Source: an uncultured cyanobacterium (GTDB taxonomy: Bacteria; Cyanobacteriota; Cyanobacteriia; Cyanobacteriales; Cyanobacteriaceae). From it: a DNA stretch of 64,000 nucleotides. The notes below the pieces were generated by a model. That model worked only from the letters and a program-made list of their open reading frames with translations, did not search any database and had not been told where the DNA came from. Shown in pieces: positions 54,885 to 64,000 of the stretch; the stretch's first letter is position 1; each line of letters starts with the position of its first letter. A program made the translations under genes and the position numbers. The stretch spans positions 96,001 through 160,000 of the forward strand of contig CAVQBA010000001.1 in NCBI GenBank assembly GCA_963710605.1, given 5' to 3'.

Positions 54885-55379
54885 GACAGAATCGAGTTGC
54901 TGATACACTTCTAATAATCGATCGGCTTTAAGGTGTACTTCTGAAGTCGGATAGTTTTGTAATATTTCAATGATGCTGATATTGTTGTCTTTTAAAGCAG
55001 AGGTAACTAAAGCACCACGCAGAGATTCTCGACTCGCTCTTTCACTAGGAGTGGTAATCACTTCACTAATATTATCCAAAATAAAACTACCTAAAAAGTT
55101 ATTAAGTACATCAGATAAAACAACACCATTTACAGGGATTTCTCTAGTAAGAATTTCTCTAACTTGTTCAGGGTTTTGTTTACTAGCTCGTAAATAAAAA
55201 TCTATCTCGGAGGAAGGCTCACCTGTTTCACAAAATTCGGTTAATTCTTCTACTGACAACGATTCTCTTAATATACCGTAAGTAACGATAACATTATCTG
55301 CGGCGATCGATGGGGAATAGCTACCAAAAACAGAACCGAGTAAACAAGAGATTATTAAAAAATAACGATTAAAAAACAT
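54852..55379 (-). CDS. DUF1400 (alpha/beta hydrolase-associated) domain protein; last 10 residues are IS-derived
   Basis: Signal peptide, AADNVIVTYG, SVEELTEFCETG, SLRGALVTSA, ILQNYPT. Confidence 0.8.
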   Translation of the reverse strand: MFFNRYFLIISCLLGSVFGSYSPSIAADNVIVTYGILRESLSVEELTEFCETGEPSSEIDFYLRASKQNPEQVREILTREIPVNGVVLSDVLNNFLGSFILDNISEVITTPSERASRESLRGALVTSALKDNNISIIEILQNYPTSEVHLKADRLLEVYQQLDSVVNYHTLNPRL

Positions 55380-55679
55380 GAGGGGTGCGAATAAAAATAG
55401 GAGGAATCTACTAATCCTAGACGAAAATTCCGACAAAAAGTTCTGAAAACAAATAACCGTGAATAGATAACAGTCAACAAATAAAGATAAAGTAGTAGGT
55501 TTATAAACTAAGTTCGTCGAGAGTTATTTTCTCATCCATTATCTTGATTGATTACTAATCTTTTTTTTGCCTAAAAATACTAGAGGCTACTATTTTACAC
55601 TTCAAAGCCAAATTTATTAATCATGAGCAAATAGTTAAAATAGAATAATTTCTTGAAAGCTATTGCTAAATTTATAGAT

Positions 55680-56630
55680 ATGATGAATAGCCAATCCGCT
55701 ATTACCACAGTAGGATTAACCAAAAGATATGACTCTCATATCGCCGTCAATGATCTTGATTTGGACATTCCTAAAGGCGAAGTTTATGGTTTAATTGGAC
55801 CTAATGGTGCGGGGAAAACTACTTTAATCAAAATGTTAGCCGCCGCTGAAACACCTACTAAAGGAGAAATTTACTTATATGGCGATCGTTTATTAACTGA
55901 TAACAGTAATCCTCATCTGAAGCAATATATCGGTTATTTACCCGACGATTATCCTGTCTATGAAGATTTGACCGTTATTGATTACTTGGAATATTTTGCT
56001 CGTTTGTATAACATCAAACCAAGCCAACGCCGTCAGCGATTAAACTATGTATTAGAATTAGTTCAATTAGAATACAAAAGAAATTCTTTAATTGATACTC
56101 TCTCTCGTGGGATGAAACAAAGATTAGGATTAGCAAAAACGATCATCCATCAACCTGTAATTTTGTTTTTAGATGAACCAGTTTCAGGACTCGATCCGAT
56201 CGCACGGGCTGAATTTAGAGAAACAATCAAACTATTACAACAAGCAGGTATGACAATTCTCATCTCCTCTCATGTATTATCCGATTTAGCCGAATTGTGT
56301 ACCAGTGTTGGTATTATGGAATTGGGTTTTTTGGTTGAAAGTACTTCTCTTGCCCTGTTATACGATCGTCTCAGTCGTCAAGAAATCATTATTCGTATTT
56401 TAAATAATTCAGATCAACTTCAAAAAATATTGGAAAATAATTCTATCGTCAAAAAATGGGAAACTTCAGACAACCATAAATTTAAAGTAGAATTCGATGG
56501 TAATCCAGAAGATAGTGCCACTCTACTCCAAAATATAGTCCAAACAGGAATCAAAGTCTGTGAATTTCATCCTCAACAAGAAGATTTAGAAACCATTTTC
56601 CTCAAATTAGGTCATCAACAACCATCATAA
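55680..56630 (+). CDS. ABC transporter ATP-binding protein (ABC-2 type)
   Basis: GPNGAGKTT, LSRGMKQR, LDEPVSGLDP, ISSH. Confidence 0.92.
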   Translation: MMNSQSAITTVGLTKRYDSHIAVNDLDLDIPKGEVYGLIGPNGAGKTTLIKMLAAAETPTKGEIYLYGDRLLTDNSNPHLKQYIGYLPDDYPVYEDLTVIDYLEYFARLYNIKPSQRRQRLNYVLELVQLEYKRNSLIDTLSRGMKQRLGLAKTIIHQPVILFLDEPVSGLDPIARAEFRETIKLLQQAGMTILISSHVLSDLAELCTSVGIMELGFLVESTSLALLYDRLSRQEIIIRILNNSDQLQKILENNSIVKKWETSDNHKFKVEFDGNPEDSATLLQNIVQTGIKVCEFHPQQEDLETIFLKLGHQQPS

Positions 56631-56768
56631 AGAATGAGTAATGAGTAAGGAGTAAGGAGTAAGGAGTAAGAAGTAATAAGTAGTCAATTTATCGCTTTTT
56701 AGCTTTTAACTGTTAACTATTAGCCTCGAATGACTAAATTCAAGGCAGTAAGTCGATTGTTAATTTAT

Positions 56769-57728
56769 CTAACTTGCGATAATATATTCTTCGATAACTT
56801 CTTTGCGTTTACGTAGTTTGGATAATGCTTCTCTTTCGATTTGTCTAACTCTTTCACGAGAGATACTAAGAATACCACCAATTTTCGATAAAGTTAACGG
56901 TTTGCCATCATCTAAACCATAACGGAGTCTAATTACATCTTGTTGTTGTTGAGTCAATTCAGACATCATCCGACGTAAATCTAGTTGTAAACAAGAATAA
57001 TCAGTATAATCTTCTGGAGATTGCCCTTTATCTTCTAACAATTCTCCTAACTCAGTATCGTTATTATCTCCTACCTTTAAGTCTAAAGATAATGGTTGAC
57101 GAGCTTTACCTAGATAATCTCTAACTTGATCTGTTGTTAATTCTAACTCATCAGACAACTCTTGAATTGTCGCAGGGCGTCCTTTGGCTTCTGATAATTT
57201 ACGTTGAGTTTGACGAATTTTATTTAGTTTTTCGGTAATATGTAATGGTAAACGAATTGCTCTACTCTTTTCTGCGATCGCACGGGTAATAGCTTGACGT
57301 ATCCACCAATAAGCATAAGTAGAGAAACGATAACCTTTTTTCGGGTCAAATTTTTCTACCCCTCTTTGCATACCAATTGTACCTTCTTGAATAAGATCAA
57401 GTAAATCTAAATTCCGTTTCAAATATTTTTTAGCGATCGAAACTACTAAACGTAAATTCGCTTCGATCATTTTTAACTTAGCTTTTTGACCACAACGAAT
57501 TTTGATATCAAGATTTTTTTCTGATAATTTTACCTCTTGCGCCCATTCTTGTTTTGTTACTTCTCTTTCAAGTTGTTTTTCTAATTTTTCTCGTTTTTTT
57601 TCTAAGGCAACTAATTCTTGAATTTGTTTGGCTAAAATTATTTCTTCTTCTTTAGTAAGTAGAGGAATTCTACCTATCTCTTTTAAGTAAACTCTAATTG
57701 TATCAACATTTTTGGGCAGTGGTAACAT
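56769..57728 (-). CDS. sigD: Group 2 sigma-70 factor, SigD-like
   Basis: [38 protein letters not shown] (AEK signature typical of the SigD clade), SRERVRQIE. Confidence 0.78.
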   Translation of the reverse strand: MLPLPKNVDTIRVYLKEIGRIPLLTKEEEIILAKQIQELVALEKKREKLEKQLEREVTKQEWAQEVKLSEKNLDIKIRCGQKAKLKMIEANLRLVVSIAKKYLKRNLDLLDLIQEGTIGMQRGVEKFDPKKGYRFSTYAYWWIRQAITRAIAEKSRAIRLPLHITEKLNKIRQTQRKLSEAKGRPATIQELSDELELTTDQVRDYLGKARQPLSLDLKVGDNNDTELGELLEDKGQSPEDYTDYSCLQLDLRRMMSELTQQQQDVIRLRYGLDDGKPLTLSKIGGILSISRERVRQIEREALSKLRKRKEVIEEYIIAS

Positions 57729-57909
57729 AATATAAATCTCTATGTGTTTCAGTTCAAATTAATAATATTTAAAGGACAAAAATTTTGCATAATGACGATT
57801 AGAGGTCAAAAAATCAAGGCTCTTTTCGCATAAAAAAAGCCCTATTACTTATGGTCAACCTTGTTTTCCTTAAGTTATTACGGCATAATAGAAAAGTTGA
57901 GCCTTTATA

Positions 57910-57939
57910 ATCATAAAGCATAAATCAAAAATTTGTAAA
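57910..57939 (-). promoter_or_regulatory. Predicted sigma-factor gene promoter
   Basis: Minus strand TTTACA-18 nt-TATGAT, within a TTGTAAA-N4-TTTACAA palindrome. Confidence 0.5.
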
Positions 57940-58164
57940 TTATTTTACAATCTTTTTTTAATCTATTCCTAAACTCTAATTAATTGAGAACGGATGAACC
58001 AAGTTGAAAATTGATTAAACATCTTCAACAAAAAATAATTGGCATTTTACAGAGCAAAAATTTAAGCTTTATATTGACTATCTACCTATCTATTTAATTA
58101 ATTTAGATACAAGATCAAGGATTTTCATTATACACAATACTCAAACAATAAGTAATAAAAAATT

Positions 58165-59250
58165 GTGATCAACGAATTTGACTGCCAAATGATGAGTAAA
58201 TGTTTAGAATTAGCTAAAAAAGCACAAGGAAAAACATCTCCTAACCCTTTAGTTGGTTCGGTAGTAGTCAAAAATGGGGTAATTATTGGGGAGGGATTCC
58301 ATCCAAAGGCAGGGCAACCTCATGCTGAAGTTTTTGCTTTAGCACAAGCGGGTGAAGAGGCGACTGATGCCACTGTTTACGTTAATTTAGAGCCTTGTAA
58401 CCACTATGGACGTACGCCACCTTGTAGTCAAGGATTAGTTAAAGCTAGAGTCAAAAAAGTAGTGGTAGGGATGATTGATCCTGACGATCGTGTTTCAGGT
58501 AAAGGGATTCAAACTTTAAAAGAAGCTGGAATTGAAGTAGAAGTTGGGGTAGAAGAAAAAGCTTGTTTAGAATTAAATGCCCCCTTTATTCATCGAATTA
58601 AATATCAACGCCCGTTAGGTATTTTTAAATATGCGATGACTTTAGACGGGAAAATTGCCACCTCAACAGGGCATAGCCAATGGATTACTAGCCCTGCTTC
58701 TCGTAATTTTGTTCACCATTTACGCTCTACTTGCGATGCGGTAATTGTTGGTGGAAATACTGTTAGACGTGATAATCCTAATTTGACAACTCATAATGTT
58801 ACCAGTCATAATCCTTTACGGGTAGTAATGACCAAAAGTTTTGATTTACCTTTTGAGGCGAATCTCTGGCAAACACAAATAGCGAAGACGGTTGTTTTTA
58901 CTTTACCGCAAACTAATTCACCACTTAAGCAACATCTTTTAAATCTAGGTGTAGAAATAGTTGAGTTAGAGGATGTCAATCCTACTTTAGTGATGGATAA
59001 TCTTTATCAGCGTGGTTTTAATTCGGTATTGTGGGAATGTGGTGGTAATTTAGCCCCAAGTGCGATCGTTACGGGTAATATTCAAAAAATTTATGCTTTT
59101 ATCGCTCCTAAACTTATTGGTGGCAATAATGCACTGTCTCCTCTTGGCGATTTGGGTATTGAAAATATGAGTCAAGCAATTACATTATCTAATATTACTT
59201 TCCAACAAATCGATCGAGATTTTTTAATCGAAGCAAGTTTAATTAGTTAA
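58165..59250 (+). CDS. ribD: Bifunctional riboflavin deaminase/reductase
   Basis: TSPNPLVG, PHAE, LEPCNHYGRTPPC, AMTLDGKIA, WECGG. Confidence 0.96.
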   Translation: MINEFDCQMMSKCLELAKKAQGKTSPNPLVGSVVVKNGVIIGEGFHPKAGQPHAEVFALAQAGEEATDATVYVNLEPCNHYGRTPPCSQGLVKARVKKVVVGMIDPDDRVSGKGIQTLKEAGIEVEVGVEEKACLELNAPFIHRIKYQRPLGIFKYAMTLDGKIATSTGHSQWITSPASRNFVHHLRSTCDAVIVGGNTVRRDNPNLTTHNVTSHNPLRVVMTKSFDLPFEANLWQTQIAKTVVFTLPQTNSPLKQHLLNLGVEIVELEDVNPTLVMDNLYQRGFNSVLWECGGNLAPSAIVTGNIQKIYAFIAPKLIGGNNALSPLGDLGIENMSQAITLSNITFQQIDRDFLIEASLIS

Positions 59251-59409
59251 GAGTTAAGAGTTAAGAGTTAAGAGTTGGAAAGAAAAAGCAGTAACTACTA
59301 ATTTAGTCTTATAGTATAATTGTATTTATTAGTTAATTAATAGTAAAAAAAATATAAGCCTCGCTGTTAAAGGTAAAAATAATTATCAATTACCAATTAT
59401 CAATTATTT

Positions 59410-62400
59410 ATGAATGATTTTACTCCCGATTTAGCGGCTAATTCTTTACCGCCACAGAATATTGAAGCAGAGGAAATAATTTTAGGTAGTCTGTTATTCG
59501 ATCCCAATGCGATGGGAAAAGTAATTGATTTATTACCACCAGAAGCTTTTTATGTCAATGCTCATCGGCAAATATATGAAGCGGCGAGAAATTTGTATTT
59601 TCAAGGGCAACCGATCGATTTGATGACTGTTTCTACATGGTTAAGCGATCGTAGTTTGTTAGACAAAATTGGTGGTACGCCTAAAATACTTAACTTACTC
59701 GATCGTACTGTTTCTTCAGCTAATATTGAGCGTTATATCCCTTTAGTCACCGACAAATACATCAGAAGACTGTTAATTGGTGTTGCTAAAGAAATTGGTG
59801 AGTTAGGATATGATACCACCAAAGAATTAGATCATGTTTTAGACGCATCAGAGCAAAAAATATTTAGTTTAACCCAAGCAAGGGTGCAACAAGGATTAGT
59901 GGCAATTTCAGACACATTAATCAACACCTTTACCGAAATCCAAAACTTTCAAGAAAAAACAGCAGTACCCGGTATCAGTACGGACTTTTATGATTTAGAT
60001 GCCCTGACAGGCGGTTTACAACGTTCTGATTTAATTATTATTGCCGGGCGCCCTGCGATGGGTAAATGTTTAGCTCAAGACTCGGAAATTGTTTTAAGCG
60101 ATGGTAGTTTAGTAACAATTCAAGAACTTTATCAACGTCGTCAAGCTCAATTATTAACTTTACAAGATAATTATAAGTTTGCCATTAACCAAGCATCTCA
60201 ATTTATTGATGACGGCATTAAACCCGTTTTTCGAGTTACCACAAAATTAGATGTTCGTCAAATAGAAACCACGATTACCCATCCCTATTTAACTATAACT
60301 GGATGGAAGCATCTTTCCTCTCTACAAGTAGGAGATAAAATAGCTGTCCCTCGCCAAATTAATACCTTTGGAGAAAAAAGTTTACCCGATTATCAAGCCA
60401 AATTGTTAGCTTATTTTATTGGTGACGGTTGTTTAACTCGTAGTTGTCCAGAATTTACTAATAGTAATCCCTTATTACAATTCGATTTTATTCAATCAGT
60501 CAAAAACTTTTCAGGAGTTGCCGTTAAAAGAAAAAAAGATCAAGGAAAAAGAACACCTAGTTTTTCTGTTATTAGTGATGCCGAGTTTATTAAAGTTAAC
60601 CGTGAATCCTTTGCTCATTCTTTAGCAAAAACCATTAACTCTCAATCATTATCTAATCGTCAATTAGCAGAATATGTTAATGTCAGCCCAGCCTCTATTA
60701 CTCATTGGCAAAAAGGAATTTGCGTACCAGAAGAGAAAAATTTCCTTTTATTGTGTCAAATTTTAGATATAAAACCTGAAAAACTAACTAGTCACGAATT
60801 ATCAGCTATTAGTAAAAATAGTAAAAATCCTTTAACTATCTGGCTAGAAAAATTAGGATTATGGGGAAAATCTGCTCATCAAAAAACTATACCTTTGATT
60901 ATTTTCCAGTTAAAGCCTTCATTGATTGCTTTATTTCTTAACCGTCTTTTTGCCACAGATGGTTGGGCTTCTGTTTACCAAACTAGTCAAGTTCAAATCG
61001 GTTATTGTACTGTTAGTGAAAAATTAGCTCGTCAAGTTCAGCATCTATTACTTCGATTTGGTATTATTTCTCATCTTAAGCAAAAATCTGTTAAATACAA
61101 TGAGCAATACACAAAAGCATGGCAAATTAAGATTAGCGATGCTCGAGCAATCAAAATATTTATTGCCAAAATTGGTATTTTTGGTAAAGAAAAAGCACTT
61201 TCGGCTATTAAAAATATTCTCAGTAACAAGAAATATCAAACTAATTGTGACTTAATTCCAGTAGAAATTTGGCAACAAATTAACATAGCTAAAGGTGAAG
61301 AATCGTGGCAAAGTTTAGCCAAAAGAGCCCGAATAAAAGGCTACAGTAATCTTCATGTGGGCAAAAGAGCTTTATCTAGACAACGGTTACATAAATTAGC
61401 GGTAGCTTTAGATAATCTACCATTACAACAAATAGCTACCAGTGAAGTTTACTGGGATGAAATCGTCTCCATCGAATATACAGGAAAACAACAGGTGTAT
61501 GATTTAACTATTCGGGACACTCATAACTTCGTTGCCAACGATATTTGTGTACATAATACTAGTTTCGCCTTAAATATAGCGGCAAATGTAGCTAAAGAAC
61601 ATGATTTATCGGTGGCTATCTTCAGTTTAGAAATGTCAAGAGATCAATTAGCGATGCGTTTACTCTCAGCAGAAGCAAGACTAGAAAGTAGCCGTCTAAA
61701 ATCAGGAAGAATCACTGAACGAGAGATGGAGCCTTTGATGGAGGCGATGGGAAATTTATCTGAGTTACCAATTTATATTGATGATACTGCCAATATTACA
61801 GTCATGCAAATGCGATCGGAGGTACGTCGTTTACAAGCAGAAAAAAAAGGTAAATTAGGATTGGTATTAATTGATTATTTGCAGTTAATGGAAGGCACTA
61901 GCGACAATCGTGTTCAAGAATTATCAAGAATTACACGAAGTCTTAAAGGTTTAGCTAGAGAAGTTAATACCCCAATCATCGCTCTTTCTCAGCTTAGTCG
62001 TGCTGTCGAGCAAAGAACGAATAAACGCCCAATGTTATCAGATTTAAGAGAATGTATTACAGGAGATACATTAGTTTTTATTGCCGATCGAGGATATTAT
62101 GTACCTGTTAAAAAGTTATTAGGGCAAAAAGATTTTTACGTAAGTGCGTTAAACGACGAGCTAAAATTGGAAAAATCACAATGCTTAGATGTTTGGGAAA
62201 CTGGAGAAAAAGAAATTTTTGAAGTTACAACCCAATCGGGAATGAAAATTAAAACAAGTATCAATCATCCTTTTTACACAATCAACGGCTGGAAAGAATT
62301 AAAAGATATTTCTTCAGGTGATTTTGTCGCATCTGCACGTAGTTTGCCTAGTAATACAGTTACCAGTGAATTAAAAAACGAAGAAATTATTTTATTGGCA

Positions 62401-63517
62401 CATATGATAGGTGATGGATGTTTTGTTGAGAGACAACCGATTCACTATACTAGTCAAGACAAAAATTCTCGGAAAATTGTGGCTGAATGTGCAAAAACAT
62501 TATGGGGTACGAAAGCACGTGTTGTCCAAGATAGAAATAGCAAAAATTGTTTTCATGTTTATTTACCAAGTCCATACAGATTAACTCGTAATAAACATAA
62601 TCCCTTTGTTAACTTATTAAAAAAATTACATTTAAATAAATCACATTCTTTTGAGAAAAAAATACCCGATTTGATTTTTATTAGTAACAAAAAACAAATT
62701 GCGATGTTTATACGTCATCTTTGGAGTACAGATGGTGGTGTAAGTATTCGTCAAACAGGTTCGTCAAAAGTTTATTATTCTAGTAATTCTATTTCATTAA
62801 TTACTGATCTCTAAATCACTGCTATTAAAATTTAGTATTCATTCTTCAATCAATATTTCTAAAAAGAAAAATTACAGATGTGTCTATAATTTAAACATTA
62901 CAGGAAAACCCAATATATTGAAATTTGCTAGTGAGATTGGTATTTTTAGTGAGAAAGGGCAAAAATTGTTACAGTTAGTCAATCTTTTAACTCAAAAAAC
63001 AGAAAATCCAAATTCAGATGTTATTCCTAAGAATATATGGAACGATGTTAGAGAAAAACGCTTAAACAGTGAGTTTACAGAACGTTCTTTTCAAGATTCT
63101 ATTAATACTCAATATTGTGGTACAACCCTTTATAAATCTAATGTTTCACGACAAAGATTGGAAAGAGTGGCAAATGTATTGAACGACGATCGATTATCAT
63201 TAGTTGCAAACAGTGATATTAAATGGGAAAGAGTTAAAAGTATCGAGTATGTTGGGCGAGAAATGACATATGACATTCATGTCGAAAAAAATCATAATTT
63301 TGTTGCCAATGATTTTATTGTTCATAACTCAGGTGCGATCGAGCAGGATGCGGATTTGGTGATGATGCTTTATCGTGATGAATATTATAACCCCGATACG
63401 ATCGATCAAGGTGTCGCCGAGATTATTGTTGCTAAACATCGAAATGGCCCAACTGGACAAGTTAAACTGATATTTCGATCGGAATTTACTCAATTTTTAA
63501 ATCTGAAAAGAGGTTAG
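59410..63517 (+). CDS. dnaB: Replicative DNA helicase with two inteins; one extra base near 62811 inside the second intein
   Basis: [62 protein letters not shown]. Confidence 0.95.
60067..61557 (+). mobile_element. Intein 1 in DnaB (Walker A insertion), 497 aa, LAGLIDADG endonuclease with an embedded XRE-like HTH
   Basis: Begins CLAQDS after GRPAMGK, ends [12 protein letters not shown] before Thr; LLAYFIGDG and LFATDG endonuclease blocks. Confidence 0.93.
62053..63328 (+). mobile_element. Intein 2 in DnaB (between LRE and SGAIEQD), LAGLIDADG type, frameshifted
   Basis: Begins CITGDT, TSINHPF block [10 protein letters not shown] and LWSTDGG, ends [12 protein letters not shown] before Ser; 1276 bp = 425 codons + 1 base. 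Confidence 0.9.
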
Positions 63518-63612
63518 ATAATTGAGAATCACTAATCAAAAAAGTTAATCAAGAAAGCTCAAAATATCTTAATTAACTTTTTATTATTTAAAAGAAAACA
63601 AAGCAAGAAAAT

Positions 63613-63880
63613 TTATCGAATACGGCACATAACTTTAGTGAAAATATCAAACTCTTGAAGCATGGCTATCGTATCTTTTGAAAGCATATTTATCAGTGTT
63701 TTGAAAGATTTGACTTCGATATGATCTATATCTAAAAGTTCAAAACCCACCACCTCATTTTGAGCATTATAATCAACAATAATTCCCTCAGCTATTTCTT
63801 CAGAATCTAAAACTTGATCGTCTTTAATTTGAACGTAAATAGCATCTACTTCACGAATCGTATTTGCTAATTTTAATCAT
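63613..63880 (-). CDS. DUF2283 family protein, one extra base near 63857
   Basis: Manual translation MIKISKYD/REVDAIYVQIKDDQVLDSEEIAEGIIVDYNAQNEVVGFELLD... after deleting one T in TACGATTCGT. Confidence 0.7.
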
Positions 63881-63999
63881 TTTTTGTAGTTCCTATCAAA
63901 ATAAAAAGTAATAATCTTAACTGGAGTTTGGGTATGATTAAAAACAACTTTTAATGCTCGATTACCGTACTCAGAAATACACTTCCAATGATAAGTTTT
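63877..63999 (-). CDS. DUF4258 family protein, 3' part only
   Basis: ...ISEYGNRALKVVFNHTQTPVKIITFYFDRNYKK*; stop overlaps the next start (ATGA). Confidence 0.65.
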   Translation of the reverse strand, partial: KTYHWKCISEYGNRALKVVFNHTQTPVKIITFYFDRNYKK

Positions 64000-64000
64000 A

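Noticed and set aside
54592..55197. Opposite-strand ORFs over tnpB and the DUF1400 gene
   Set aside because: Antisense shadows without independent evidence

Overview
AT-rich chromosomal segment of a unicellular cyanobacterium. Evidence: psbA, rpaB, crtR, sigD and urtDE are present, CGATCG/GCGATCGC (HIP1-type) words are abundant, and heptamer tandem repeats lie between genes. A Cyanobacterium/Geminocystis-like host is an inference. Housekeeping genes are interspersed with accessory material: a 1467-aa nitric oxide synthase (globin + oxygenase + reductase), an AbiE-type toxin-antitoxin pair, a stand-alone RNA-ligase-like gene, a divergent GpsA-fold protein, and an orphan three-module NRPS (predicted Val-Gly-aliphatic, Cys-type thioesterase) broken by a tandem repeat inside its first C domain. 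Two IS200/IS605 (TnpB) elements have ends and target motifs that can be reconstructed; both landed in the 3' ends of host genes. There are several families of nested miniature hairpin elements, and dnaB carries two inteins. Five genes each contain a single extra base, several at or next to GATC. This suggests assembly errors and tempers the readings that depend on frameshifts. No tRNA, rRNA or CRISPR array was seen.
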